From: an uncultured Gammaproteobacteria bacterium
Lineage (GTDB): Bacteria; Pseudomonadota; Gammaproteobacteria; Steroidobacterales; Rariloculaceae
Length of the DNA stretch: 64,000 nucleotides
NCBI GenBank assembly: GCA_963786385.1
Contig: CAWAYS010000005.1
Location: 96,527 to 160,526, forward strand
Direction: 5' to 3'
Position 1 is the stretch's first letter. Every line of letters begins with the position of its first letter. Below are positions 44,904-55,028 of the stretch, one piece after another. A program made the translations under genes and the position numbers. Under the pieces are notes generated by a model, which ran no database searches, was not told where the DNA came from, and was given only the letters and a program-made list of their open reading frames with translations.

Positions 44904-46090
44904 TTTGGCTGTTGGTCCTGATCGTCGTCATCGCGCTGACCGGCGGGGTCTGGGGCTGGCCGTTGATGGTCGGCCTGCTCGGCGCCACCGGCGTCAAGGA
45001 CAAGCCGAGCGCGCTCGAGAACATCGCGCGGCTCATGCATGACTACGACATTACGCCCGCCGAAGTCGATGCCGCCTTCAATGCGCCGGCCGATGCTCGG
45101 CGGGTTCGAACGCGTCGCGGGGGCGGCAACGTCGCTAAGACGCTGTTCGTCTACCTCGGCGCGATCTTCATTCTTGCAGGCATCGGCGTCTATGTCGGGA
45201 CGTTCTGGAACACGATGGGCAGCGCAATGCGCGTGCTCGTCACGCTGGGCGTGGGCTACGTCTTGCTCGTCGTGCTGGTGTCCGCCCTGTACGAGAAGAA
45301 ATATCCACGGCTCGTGCTGCCGCTCGCGCTCACGTCCGCGTTCGTGATGACTGGCGGTTGGTTCGTGCTGATCCACGAGGTGTTCCCGAGCGGCGACAAC
45401 TGGCGTGCCGCGGCGCTGGCCGTGTTCGGCGTCATGGCCGTGCACCAGGCCGCGTTGTTCGGAAAGTACCGCATCACGGTGCTGGCGTTCACGGCGCTGC
45501 TGTTCGTTTACGGGTTCATGCAGGTGGGGCTCGATCTGCTCGGTGTCCCGTTCGCCTACATTGCAATCGTGCTGGGCGCGTCGCTGTTTGTCGTGGCCAC
45601 CGCGCTGGAAGACACGCCTCATCGCATGCTCGCCGAGCCGGCCCTGCTCGTTGGCATCTGTTGGCTGAACAGCGGCCTGTTCGACCGCGTCGCAACCGCC
45701 ACGAGCGCCAGCTGGGCGGGCTTGATCGTGGGCATGTGCTTGCTGCTTACGGCCTACGGTCTGCAACAAGGGCAGCGCCACCCGCGCTTGGCGGCTCTGG
45801 GATATCTCGTCGGATCGATCATGGCCTATGCCGCCTTGTTCGATCTCGTTCACGACAAGCCCATCGAGCTTTTGTACCTCGCCGCCGCGGCGTCAATGCT
45901 CTACGTTTGCGTTGCGCTGCAAAGCAGGCCGCTACTGTTCACCACCGTCGTCGCCATGCTCGGCTTCATCGGATTCTATGGCGCGAAACATTTCGCCAAC
46001 TCTCTGGGCTGGCCCGTCACACTGGTATTGATGGGCGTCGCTTTTCTCGGCGTGGGCACGCTCGCCATCAGGGTCAAGCGACAGATCTAG
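44900..46090 (+). CDS. polytopic membrane protein, unknown function
   Basis: 396 aa with about 10 hydrophobic segments. Translationally coupled to the preceding gene. Confidence 0.7.
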   Translation: MIWLLVLIVVIALTGGVWGWPLMVGLLGATGVKDKPSALENIARLMHDYDITPAEVDAAFNAPADARRVRTRRGGGNVAKTLFVYLGAIFILAGIGVYVGTFWNTMGSAMRVLVTLGVGYVLLVVLVSALYEKKYPRLVLPLALTSAFVMTGGWFVLIHEVFPSGDNWRAAALAVFGVMAVHQAALFGKYRITVLAFTALLFVYGFMQVGLDLLGVPFAYIAIVLGASLFVVATALEDTPHRMLAEPALLVGICWLNSGLFDRVATATSASWAGLIVGMCLLLTAYGLQQGQRHPRLAALGYLVGSIMAYAALFDLVHDKPIELLYLAAAASMLYVCVALQSRPLLFTTVVAMLGFIGFYGAKHFANSLGWPVTLVLMGVAFLGVGTLAIRVKRQI

Positions 46091-46099
46091 GCCGGATGA

Positions 46100-47519
46100 C
46101 TAGTGGAAGTCGAATATGTCTTCGCCTTTCGGCCGCTGCATTCCTTTCTCGAAGTACTCTTCCCAGACGGCGGCCCAAGGTCGGCCGTAGAGGTCCTCGA
46201 CTTTGTACTGGATCACGGTGCCCGGCGCCACCTGCGTGCCGCGACCGTTGACGGGAAGAGTGTCTGATTGCAGTAGCTGAGGTTGATGGGCGGCGCGTCG
46301 TTGAGATCGCCACGGCGCGGCAGGAAGCGGACGTACTGCGGATCGGCTGCACGAGACCTTCCTCGTCGTAAAAGATCGCCTCGTGCTCGAGGCCGAGCAG
46401 GTTGCCGCGCTGGTCCGCTGCGTCGGCGTGAAGATCTCGATGGTTTGCAGCTTGTTCGAGATACTCCCAGCTCGAATGCGTGAACCATCCCTGGACGTTC
46501 GACGTCCATGTGACGAGCGCATCGCCGTCCCAGAAGCCGACGGTCTCGCCCAGCCATTGCGGCACTTCGGCGCCGAGATGCGGCACCGCGCCCGTCATGT
46601 CGAAGCTGCGGCCCACGTGCACGTTGCGAATCGCGTTGCCGGAGCCGCCGAGCAATTGCACGCGCGTCGGCGTGACCGTCACGTCGAGCGAGCCGGGCCC
46701 GCCCGGGCCGGACCACCAGCGCATGAAGCCCTCGGGCCGACAGAACATCGCCGACCATTGCGGTGCATGATCGTGAGCTTGGTGATAAAGCTGCTGGACG
46801 AGCCGCTGCTGATACTCCGGCGTCAGCAGCGAAAGGATGGTCGGAATCTGGTTGTGGTAGCCGATGATCCACTGCGGCGGCTCGTGGAATTCGGGCGGCA
46901 AGCGGGCTCTTTGCCGGCGCGCATCAGGTCCGAAGACGACGCTGACGTTGCTCGTATAGCGCCCGTCCCAATCCGGCGGCAAGCGCTCGCGCGTGTATTG
47001 CGTGGGGCCGCCTTTGGCGCGGGCTTCGGCCAGCAACGCCTCGTAGTGCGCTCGTGCCGTCGCGAACGGGTAGGGACTGACGATGTCCTCGCGCGCGTAG
47101 TCGACGTCGCAATGTCCCCAGGCGCCGTTCGCGTGCGATCGTCCTCGATGTATTGCGGCGCGCTCGAGTAGTCGCCCCACTGCGAATCGAGCGCCGGCGT
47201 GCTGTTGCAGCGGAAATAGCGCGGATCGCGCCAAAGCTCGCGGTCGACGATAGAAATCGTCGCTCGTGAAGATGTCGCGCGGCGAGCGGCGTCGATTCCC
47301 GTGGGTGTCGCGCCGTCCTTCGCCGTTGCCGCGTCGACGTTGTAGAAAGGGCACGCCGGCGCCGACCCATTCGGCCTTTCGCGACACCGGCCAGCCGCGA
47401 CCGACGCTTTGCTGCGCGGCAAGCGGCAGTGCCCAGCAAAGCGTGATGCCGAGGCCCATACCTATCGTTGCTCTATTCAATAGCTGTCGACGCAAGGGCG
47501 ACGTCTTCGAATGGTTCAC
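46100..47519 (-). pseudogene. secreted protein of unknown family, heavily frameshifted (about 8 frame changes)
   Basis: GTG 47519 (GGAGG 6 nt upstream) gives VNHSKTSPLRRQLLNRATIGMGLGITLCWALPLAAQQ (signal peptide). Protein-like sequence then hops among all three reverse frames. Examples: VPFYNVDAATAKDGATP / SPRDIFTSDDFY / VDRELWRDPRYFRCNSTPALDSQWGDYSSAPQYIEDD / GAWGHCDVDYAREDIV...WFTHSSWEY / SNKLQTIEIFTPT / ADQRGNLLGLEHEAIFYDEEGLVQPIR / YVRFLPRRGDLNDAPPINLSYCNQTLFP / VNGRGTQVAPGTVIQYKVEDLYGRPWAAVWEEYFEKGMQRPKGEDIFDFH, then a stop at 46100. Confidence 0.6.
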
Positions 47520-47697
47520 GGTGTGCCTCCCCCATTGGACGCCGCTACCAATAGCCATACGACTGGGTCAGGGTCAAGCCAATCGCGACGCGGGAGAAGG
47601 AAGCGCGGGGCCGCCGGGGTCGAGACGAGCCCCGACGGCGGTTTCATGGCCAGCTGACGGTCGGTCGGTCCTCGGCGAGGAGTGAGCTCACGCCGCG

Positions 47698-48162
47698 TCA
47701 GGCGTCGAAGACGCTCGCCTCCACCGTGCACTTCCATTCGCCACTGTCGAGCTTGCGCCAGATGCACACGTAGTGCCCGGTGCGCGTGACGGTTCCGCCG
47801 TCGTCCGTGCCCAACGTCATCGTGAAGCTTCCCGAGGTATAGCCGAGCTCGCCTGAAGCGGCGACCCGCGCTGTGTCGGAATGCCACCGAAGAGAGTAGC
47901 GCGCGTCGCTGCGATAGCGTCGAACGAGCGCGATGATGGCGTCGAGGCCGCGCGCGACCGGCTCGCCCGGGAAGAAGTTGACCGCGTCCTCCGACCAGAA
48001 CGTGACCACGCGCTCGACGTCACCAGCAGCGGCAGCCGCTTCCCAGGCCCGGTCGGTCGCGAGAAGTTCCTGCGAAGCTGCAGTGGGCTCCGCGGCGGCC
48101 GTGAGCGCCGCCGGGACGCAGGTCAGCAGCAGGGTGTTGAGAGCATTCATGAAATGGTCCAT
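47698..48162 (-). CDS. secreted SnoaL-like / DUF4440 (NTF2-fold) protein
   Basis: Track ORF 47698..48261; start at ATG 48162 (GGAGG 9 nt upstream). Signal peptide, then ATDRAWEAAAAAGDVERVVTFWSEDAVNFFPGEPVARG...GHYVCIWRKLDSGEWKCTVEA. Confidence 0.75.
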   Translation of the reverse strand: MDHFMNALNTLLLTCVPAALTAAAEPTAASQELLATDRAWEAAAAAGDVERVVTFWSEDAVNFFPGEPVARGLDAIIALVRRYRSDARYSLRWHSDTARVAASGELGYTSGSFTMTLGTDDGGTVTRTGHYVCIWRKLDSGEWKCTVEASVFDA

Positions 48163-48279
48163 CGACGTTTGCCTCCACAGTTCACACATGCGCAGCATGA
48201 CGGTGGGCGCCGGCGAGATCGTCACCGAGTTCCGGCACATTTCACGTCGGAACATCACCAAGGTCGGTGACGGTTTGGC

Positions 48280-49323
48280 TCAGGACTGAATCAGACCCAG
48301 CTCGAGGGCCTGGCGGATCGCCTGAACGCGATTCTGTGCGCCCACCTTGGCGTAGATATGGGTCAGGTGCCGCGTCACCGTGTTGACGCTGATGCCGAGG
48401 TGCCCGGCGATGTCCGTGCTACTGGTCCCGTTGGCCAGCAGCCCGAGGATCTGGCGTTCGCGAGCCGTCAGCGCCTGCATGCACGTGCCTGCTACCGTTT
48501 CGACGCTCGCATCCGCGCTGCCGATGAATCGTTCGATCAGGGCCAGCGTGTCCGCGCCCGGCATGCCGCTTTCGCCGCGTACGGTATGCAGTCGTGCGTT
48601 GCCGATGCCCGCGGCAAGCTCCCGGCAGCGCTCTATGCTCGCGAGGCGATTGCATTCGTCCAGCAGCACGAGGGTGGGAGCGCGTACGGCGCTGAGCTCG
48701 TTGCTCACGTTCCAGCTGCGCCGAGCTTCGAGACCAGCCAGAAACGAAGCCTGTGTGGTCGAGCTGCGTAGGACATCCGCCCAGGCCCTGGCCGCCCCAC
48801 CGTCCTGCCAGCCGGTGGCGGCCTGGGAGATGGACTCGGTGAATAGCTCCCAATCTTCGCCCGCCATGGTGAACAGCGAGCCGAGACGCGGCGCCTCGCC
48901 GTGATCGACGTTGCGCACGAATCCATTCCACAAGACGAGATGACCGACGCGGTCGGGATGTTCGGCCGCGTATTGTACGGCGGGCAGCGAGCCGGTGATT
49001 CTTCCTATGAGTGCGAACCGGTCGAGGCCGGCGGCCCGCACGACGGCTTCGAGGTCCCGGACCAGACCCGGCAGACTGTAGTCAGGTGGTCCGCCGTGCG
49101 ACAGGCCGCTGCCGCGGTTGTCGAAACGAACCACGGTGTGGGTCCGGGCGAGCCGCTGCCAGTACTCGCGAACCGTCGGTATTCGCCACTCCTTGTGCAG
49201 GTGGCACATCTGCACGTGGGGCACTTCCACGATCGCCGGGCCACGGCCGAGGCGGAAATAGGCGATCTCGGCTCCGTCATCGGTGCGCGTGTAGCGTATG
49301 GCCGGCGGACGCTGACTGGTCAT
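48280..49323 (-). CDS. alpha/beta-hydrolase-fold domain fused to LuxR-type HTH
   Basis: 347 aa. The N-terminal ~260 aa look like an alpha/beta hydrolase (RYTRTDDGAEIAYFRLGRGPAIVEVPH...VVRFDNRGSGLS...LIGRITGSLPAVQYAAEHPDRV). C-terminal LTARERQILGLLANGTSSTDIAGHLGISVNTVTRHLTHIYAKVGAQNRVQAI. The usual GXSXG nucleophile position reads GRITG. Confidence 0.8.
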   Translation of the reverse strand: MTSQRPPAIRYTRTDDGAEIAYFRLGRGPAIVEVPHVQMCHLHKEWRIPTVREYWQRLARTHTVVRFDNRGSGLSHGGPPDYSLPGLVRDLEAVVRAAGLDRFALIGRITGSLPAVQYAAEHPDRVGHLVLWNGFVRNVDHGEAPRLGSLFTMAGEDWELFTESISQAATGWQDGGAARAWADVLRSSTTQASFLAGLEARRSWNVSNELSAVRAPTLVLLDECNRLASIERCRELAAGIGNARLHTVRGESGMPGADTLALIERFIGSADASVETVAGTCMQALTARERQILGLLANGTSSTDIAGHLGISVNTVTRHLTHIYAKVGAQNRVQAIRQALELGLIQS

Positions 49324-49422
49324 CCGTCAGGATCATAACTCACGGGCCGCGGCGGATCGCCGCACGGTGGCCTCTCGCCTCAATGCCGCGGTCGTGTCCG
49401 TGAAAGACCGGCTTGATGTTCC

Positions 49423-50654
49423 TCAGTTCGCAGGCTCGATCCGCAGGATCGCGCCCTGCACCTCGTCGGTCAGCAAGTACAGCAACTCGTCGGGCCCCAT
49501 GCGCACGTCGCGGATGCGTTGGCGCAAGTCGGTCAGCAGCGATTCGCGGCGCAGCTCCTCCATGTTCTCGTTGAAGAGAATGCGCTCGAGGTGGCCCGTG
49601 CCCGGGATCTCGCCCGTGCGCAAGCGCGCCGACGAACACGTCGCCCTTCCATTTCGGCAGCTTGTCGCCCGTGTAGAACGCGAGCCCCGAGACGGCGATC
49701 GAGGGCGTCCAGTAGACGACAGGGTCCTCGAACCCTTCGTGCGAGAAGCCCTTCGACTGCCAGGGGCCCGGATACGTGCGGCCGAGGCTCACAGCGGCCA
49801 GCCGTAGTTGGCGCCGGGCTTCAGAACGTTGATCTCGTCGCCGCCGTTCGGTCCGTTCTCGTCCTGCCACAGCTCGTTGGTGCCGGGTCGAAACGCGAGC
49901 CCGAGCGTGCTGCGATGGCCGAGCGTGTAGACCTCGGGCCGGTGGCCCGCCATGCCGACGAACGGGTTGTCTTTGGGCACGCCGCCCGTCGTCCGTCAAC
50001 CGCAACGTTTTGCCGCTCAAGGTGTTGGGGTCCTGGGCGTCGCCGCCCGACGTCGCGACGTAGAGCATGCCGTCCGGGCCGAAAGCCATGCGCACGCGGC
50101 CCGTCGTGCCGGGGGCGGTGAAAATGTCCTCGACTTTCGTCAACGCGCTGCCGTTCCACACGCCGCGCGCGATGGCGAGCATGTCGGTGGTGTCCGCGGC
50201 GGGCTTGTTGTAGCCGAAGTAGACGAAGTGATTCGTGGCGAATTTCGGGTGCAGCACCACGTCGCTCAACCCCGCGAGTCCCGCGGCTTTGATCTCGGGC
50301 AGGCCGGCGACAGGCTGCGCGACGAGCTCGCCGTTGGCGTGCACGAGGCGCAATCGCCCGGCGCGTTCCGGTGACGAGCATGTCGCCGCCGGGCAGGAAC
50401 GCGATGCTCCACGGACGCTCGAGCCCGCGCGTGAGCACGACCACACGGATGTCCTGGCCTTCCGCGGTCTTGTAGTAGACGGGCTTGTCGGGCAGCGGCG
50501 GAATTTCGAGCCCGCTCGGTGCCACGGGAATGCCGTTACGGAACGGCACCTTTTGCTGAGCTGCCGCGAGGCTCGAGACGAGCGCAGCGAAAGTGGCGAG
50601 ACAAACGGCGCCGATTGCGCGCCGCGACCGCGTGTGACTTCTCATTGAACTCAT
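49423..50654 (-). pseudogene. PQQ-dependent sugar (glucose/sorbosone) dehydrogenase, four frameshifts
   Basis: Concatenating pieces from three frames gives a continuous family-typical protein: signal peptide MSSMRSHTRSRRAIGAVCLATFAALVSSLAAAQ...LERPWSIAFLPGGDMLVT / ERAGRLRLVHANGE...GKTLRLTDDGR / VPKDNPFVGMAGHRPEVYTLGHRSTLGLAFRPGTNELWQDENGPNGGDEINVLKPGANYGWPL / VSLGRTYPG...GDVFVGAL / RTGEIPGTGHLERILF...DELLYLLTDEVQGAILRIEPAN. The switches lie near 50368, 49985, 49795 and 49625. Confidence 0.75.
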
Positions 50655-50752
50655 CCCCCATGCGGGCCTTGCGGCCATGTTGCCGGAGAGCCTAATAGCC
50701 CTGTCGCGACTCTGTCAAAGCATGGCGCACGACGGGGTCCGTTCCGGACGCG

Positions 50753-51772
50753 CTATCCGCGTCGCGCCACGATCAGCGCTGCCTCGAATTCCGGCGAGCC
50801 GAGGTGGCTCATAAATTCGTTGAGGTACACCTTGCCGTACAGATACATGTTTTCCGGTGTCCCCATCCGCAATCGCCCTTGCGCCATGAGGCCGTGAAAC
50901 TCGTTGAGGCTCGGCGCCGTCAAGTCGCCGTCGGGTGCGGCAGGGCCGCCGCCGGCGGCGACCGTGAGCGTCAGGCACGCGTAACCGAGACGAACGAATT
51001 GCCGCGCCAGAAGAAGCCGTGAACGCAGCAGCGAATCCGGCTCCCGGCCCTGCCACGATCGCAACAAGATGTCCTGCAGCTCGCGCGTGGGGGCGAGGTA
51101 GTTGATCAAGTTCGCCACGTCGATCAGGGGATCGTTGCGAAACGCGAGCTCCCAATCGACGAACCACAGCCGCTCCCCGTCGAACAGAATGTTGCCGGGA
51201 TTGAGGTCGTTGTGGGCCGACACCGCCGCGTCCTTGTCCCAAGGATAAGCCGCCACCAGGCGCTCGAAGCCGTCGCGGTGCGGATCGAGCAATCCCGGCT
51301 CGAAGCGGCCCGACTCGGCGAGTCCGCTCAACAAACCTGCGATGACCTCCAGGTAGTCGGCCGTGGCGGGAAAGGGCGGCGTCGCTTGCAGTTTCGCAAC
51401 GAGTGCGCCGAGATCGCGCATCAATCCTTCCCGGCCGCTCGGATAGTCGAACAACGACTGCGAGGGCACGAAGTCCATGATGGCGACGCCTGCGGTGGCA
51501 TCGGCGTGAAGCAAAGGCGGTGAGATGCCGGCGTCGGACGCGGTTCGCATGCACGCATAGCTGGCACGACGGTCGAAATCGTCGCGTTGGTGTTCCAGGC
51601 GCAGGAGAAACGAACGTTCCCCCACTTGCAGACGGCAAATCAGCGCGCCCGAAGCGCCGCTGCCAATCTGCTCCATGGCACTCGGTTGCGCTCGGCCGAA
51701 AGCCGCAGCGATCGCGGCTCGCACGGTTTCGCGGCGGTCCTCGGGGAGAGCGTCGAGCACGGTGTCGGTCAT
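50753..51772 (-). CDS. aminoglycoside-phosphotransferase-fold (APH/choline-kinase family) kinase
   Basis: 339 aa. Brenner-type motif AHNDLNPGNILFDGERLWFVDWELAFRNDPLIDVANL. Confidence 0.85.
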   Translation of the reverse strand: MTDTVLDALPEDRRETVRAAIAAAFGRAQPSAMEQIGSGASGALICRLQVGERSFLLRLEHQRDDFDRRASYACMRTASDAGISPPLLHADATAGVAIMDFVPSQSLFDYPSGREGLMRDLGALVAKLQATPPFPATADYLEVIAGLLSGLAESGRFEPGLLDPHRDGFERLVAAYPWDKDAAVSAHNDLNPGNILFDGERLWFVDWELAFRNDPLIDVANLINYLAPTRELQDILLRSWQGREPDSLLRSRLLLARQFVRLGYACLTLTVAAGGGPAAPDGDLTAPSLNEFHGLMAQGRLRMGTPENMYLYGKVYLNEFMSHLGSPEFEAALIVARRG

Positions 51773-51778
51773 TTGGGC

Positions 51779-53011
51779 CTAGAACGCGATCTCGTGCGGA
51801 TGCTGCTCGAGATGGTGGCGCAGCAGATCCTTGCCGTAGTCGTTGCCGTTCGGCGTGCGCACGATCGTATGGATGTGTTGCCGCGTCGGCACGCCGGCCG
51901 GCAGCAACCGCGACGTGCCGACCGGGTTTTGGTGATCGAACTCGATCAAGATGACGGGGCTGTGGATTCGGTAATAGAACACCGAATTGGCGTCACCGTG
52001 TCCGATCCACGCAAAGTAGGTTTCGTCCAGATGCAGCTGTACCTGATCCAGCCGAATGCGGGCCTGGTCTTCGCGTAAGTTGCCGACGAACAGATTCATG
52101 AGCTCCAGCAGTTTGAGCTTTTGATCCGGCGTCAGCGACGAAGCCGGGATGCCGGCATAGTCCAAGACCAGATTGTCGAGTCCGGCGCCGGCCACGAGAA
52201 AATCGCGAGTCTTCTCGAAGCCCAGAATCGCCGACTTACGTTGCGCCCCGTCCAAGGATTGCAGCAGCTCGAGTCCCTGATTCTGCTCGTCCTGCAGAAT
52301 GGCGTTGCCGGCATACTTGCCCGACTCCGTGACGACGGGCTCACCGCCCATGAACAACGGCGTCATGACGACCTGATCGCCGAGCACGAAGAAATTCACG
52401 ATCAAGTGGTGACCGTCGAGCTGCCATCCCCACGGCTCTTGCGCCGACGGCTTGCCCATCACGGTGAAGAAGTACTTGGCCTCGCCGTAACGCAGCTCGT
52501 CGTTGTTGATCTCGCGCAGCGTCTGATCCGTCTTCATGATGTCGAGGCTCAGTTGCATGCCCTTCGCGCTCAGCGACTTTCGCATCAGACCGAAGGCTGC
52601 GTCGCGCTGCGCGCGAGTCATCTCTTCGAGGCTCGTGCCCTGTCGCACGTAGATGCCGTTGTCGACGTTCGACCACTTGCGCCATTCCGGATCGTCGACG
52701 GCAAAGACGGTCTTGAGCGTCTGCGTCGGTGTGAGCGTAGCCAGGAATGCATCCGCTGCCTGCCGAATCGGTGCGGTGGAGACGCCCGTCGACTCGATCG
52801 GGAAGAGGCCGGGGGCGATGCCTTTCGACGTTGCGATGCCGACGTACGGCTGGCTCAAGGCCTTGATCTCGTTGTCGGCGAACAGGCGCTTGACGCCGAG
52901 CAGCGCGTCGTCGTATTTGCCTTGGCCGAAGGCGTTCGGTGCCAGTGCGACGAGCGCAAAGCCAAATAGGCAAAGAGTCTTGATCACGGCGATCTCCCCT
53001 CGGTGTTTCAT
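51779..53011 (-). CDS. secreted DUF3500-family protein
   Basis: Track ORF 51779..53179; start at ATG 53011 (MKHRGEIAVIKTLCLFGFALVALAPNAFGQ). DPEWRKWSNVDNGIYVRQG...YFFTVMGKPSAQEPWGWQLDGHHLIVNFFVLGDQVVMTP matches my recollection of DUF3500. It ends 7 nt before the kinase gene start. Confidence 0.75.
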   Translation of the reverse strand: MKHRGEIAVIKTLCLFGFALVALAPNAFGQGKYDDALLGVKRLFADNEIKALSQPYVGIATSKGIAPGLFPIESTGVSTAPIRQAADAFLATLTPTQTLKTVFAVDDPEWRKWSNVDNGIYVRQGTSLEEMTRAQRDAAFGLMRKSLSAKGMQLSLDIMKTDQTLREINNDELRYGEAKYFFTVMGKPSAQEPWGWQLDGHHLIVNFFVLGDQVVMTPLFMGGEPVVTESGKYAGNAILQDEQNQGLELLQSLDGAQRKSAILGFEKTRDFLVAGAGLDNLVLDYAGIPASSLTPDQKLKLLELMNLFVGNLREDQARIRLDQVQLHLDETYFAWIGHGDANSVFYYRIHSPVILIEFDHQNPVGTSRLLPAGVPTRQHIHTIVRTPNGNDYGKDLLRHHLEQHPHEIAF

Positions 53012-53161
53012 TCTTGTTTTCGACCGCACGGCAAGGAGCTTACCGCATACGGCGCGACGGCGAACGAAAGTCTCGACGATCGCGACGGAGTATGATTCAT
53101 TGATTCGGACGGGTTCACCGTGCCCGTCGACGCTCCACTCAAGCGCGGATCGGGGGACCTC

Positions 53162-54877
53162 ATGAGCGACACCAGCCATCGCGACCGCACGTCGCGGCGT
53201 GGATTTCTAAAGACCTTGGGCGTGGCGGGCGCGACGGCCGTCGCCGGCTCGGCGTGCGCTCCGACTGCGCCTGCGCCCGAGACCGGCTCGGGCGCGGATT
53301 CGGGATTGGCGCTCGTGAACGGGCGGATCCATACCGTCGATGGGCAAGGCACCGTCGCCGACAGCGTCGTGATTCGCAACGGTCTGTTCGCGAGCGTCGG
53401 CGGTGGGGCGCCGCCCGCGGGCGCACGAGTGATCGATCTCGGCGGGCGCACGGTCGTTCCCGGGCTGGTCGAGCCCCACATTCATATCGTGAGCCTTGCG
53501 AACCGGCCCGGCTTCCACACGATTCTCGAGAACACGACTTCGATTCGGGAAGTCCAGGAAGCGCTGGCCGAGCGGCGCAAGGAAGTGCCCGAGGGGCAAT
53601 GGATCACCTCGATGGGCGGCTGGCATCCCAACCAATGGGCCGAGCACCGGCACCCGACGCTCGCAGAGCTCGACGAAGCCGTGCCGGATCGGCCGGTATT
53701 TCTCTACGAGCGATTCACGGGGCCATGCGCCGTCAACAGCCTCGCCAAGCAGTTCTTCGATGCGGCCGATGCGGCGGCGCCCGTGCATCCCGATGTCGTC
53801 AAGGTCGACGTGGCCGACGACGGCGCGATTGCCGCGGCGGGGTTCGTCGGCGGGGGGCCGTCGGCCACGGCGCTGTACTACCTACGCCGCCTGCAGACGT
53901 TCGAAGATCGTAAGCGCAGCGCGCTCGACGCGATGAGCTATTCGGTGAGCGTGGGCCTCACCACTCACTTGGATCAGGTGCTGTTCCCGACGCCGGGGCC
54001 TCTGCACCCCGCGCAGATTTTGTCCAATCTCGATCAGTACACGATGTACGACCCCTGGATCGAGCTGAATCGCGAGGGGCGCACGAGCGTTCGCCTACAG
54101 ATCAACTTTTTGCACAATCAAAGCGACCCGGCACTGCCGGAGCTTCATGAGCGGTTGAGAAATCAATTTCAATTCTTCGGTGACGACATGTTGCGAACCG
54201 GCGCCATCGGCGAGTGGGCCGCACCGTTGTCGGCCGGTGCGGCCTGGCTCGAAGCTCAGCGCCTCGTGGCCGCCGCGCACTGGCGCAACGAGAACAGCGT
54301 CCAAAACCTCGCGCAGCTCACGCAGGTGGTCGAGGCTTACGAGGCAATGGACGGTGCATACGGCATCGCCGACCTGCGTTGGGTCGTGCACCACGTTCCC
54401 GAAGTGACGCCCGAGTTGCTGTCCCGGCTGCAGAGATTGGGATGCGGCGTGGAAATGGGCGCCTTCCGTTGGGTGACCTCCAGCGATCCGAGCCAAGTCG
54501 CGGGACCGCCGTTTCGAACGATCGTCGACCACGGCATCCAAGTCGGGATCCACGGTGACGGCGTCCACATCGCGCCGCTGAATCCTTGGCAACACATCTA
54601 CTACGCGACGACGGGACTGAACTCTTTCGGTCAGGCGGTCAATCCCGGCCAACAACTCACGCGAGAAGAGGCCTTGTCCCTGTTCACGCGATCGAACAGC
54701 TGGTTCCTCAGGATGGAGGACCGCATCGGCTCGATCGAGCCCGGCAAGCTCGCGGACTTGGTCGTTCTCGACCGGGACTACTTTGCGGTCCCGGACGAGG
54801 AGATCAAGAAGATCCGGTCGGTGCTCACGATCGTCGACGGCAAGGTGGTCCACGATTCCGGCGTCATCGACGCCTGA
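53162..54877 (+). CDS. Tat-exported amidohydrolase-family (amidohydrolase_3-like) metallohydrolase
   Basis: Track ORF 53120..54877; start at ATG 53162. Twin-arginine signal MSDTSHRDRTSRRGFLKTLGVAGATAVAGSACAP. VPGLVEPHIHIV metal motif. C-terminal ...GSIEPGKLADLVVLDRDYF...TIVDGKVVH. Confidence 0.85.
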   Translation: MSDTSHRDRTSRRGFLKTLGVAGATAVAGSACAPTAPAPETGSGADSGLALVNGRIHTVDGQGTVADSVVIRNGLFASVGGGAPPAGARVIDLGGRTVVPGLVEPHIHIVSLANRPGFHTILENTTSIREVQEALAERRKEVPEGQWITSMGGWHPNQWAEHRHPTLAELDEAVPDRPVFLYERFTGPCAVNSLAKQFFDAADAAAPVHPDVVKVDVADDGAIAAAGFVGGGPSATALYYLRRLQTFEDRKRSALDAMSYSVSVGLTTHLDQVLFPTPGPLHPAQILSNLDQYTMYDPWIELNREGRTSVRLQINFLHNQSDPALPELHERLRNQFQFFGDDMLRTGAIGEWAAPLSAGAAWLEAQRLVAAAHWRNENSVQNLAQLTQVVEAYEAMDGAYGIADLRWVVHHVPEVTPELLSRLQRLGCGVEMGAFRWVTSSDPSQVAGPPFRTIVDHGIQVGIHGDGVHIAPLNPWQHIYYATTGLNSFGQAVNPGQQLTREEALSLFTRSNSWFLRMEDRIGSIEPGKLADLVVLDRDYFAVPDEEIKKIRSVLTIVDGKVVHDSGVIDA

Positions 54878-55028
54878 GCGCTCTGGCTCAGATTGCGGAT
54901 CGCCGCGAGACTCGGCCGCGGCTCGCCTGCCGGTGCTCGGGCGTCCAGCGAAAGGCGGGAAGCTGACGAGAGCCATGTGAAGCCGCTATACTTCGTTACG
55001 GCCTTCGATAATAAAAACAACGACGGAT

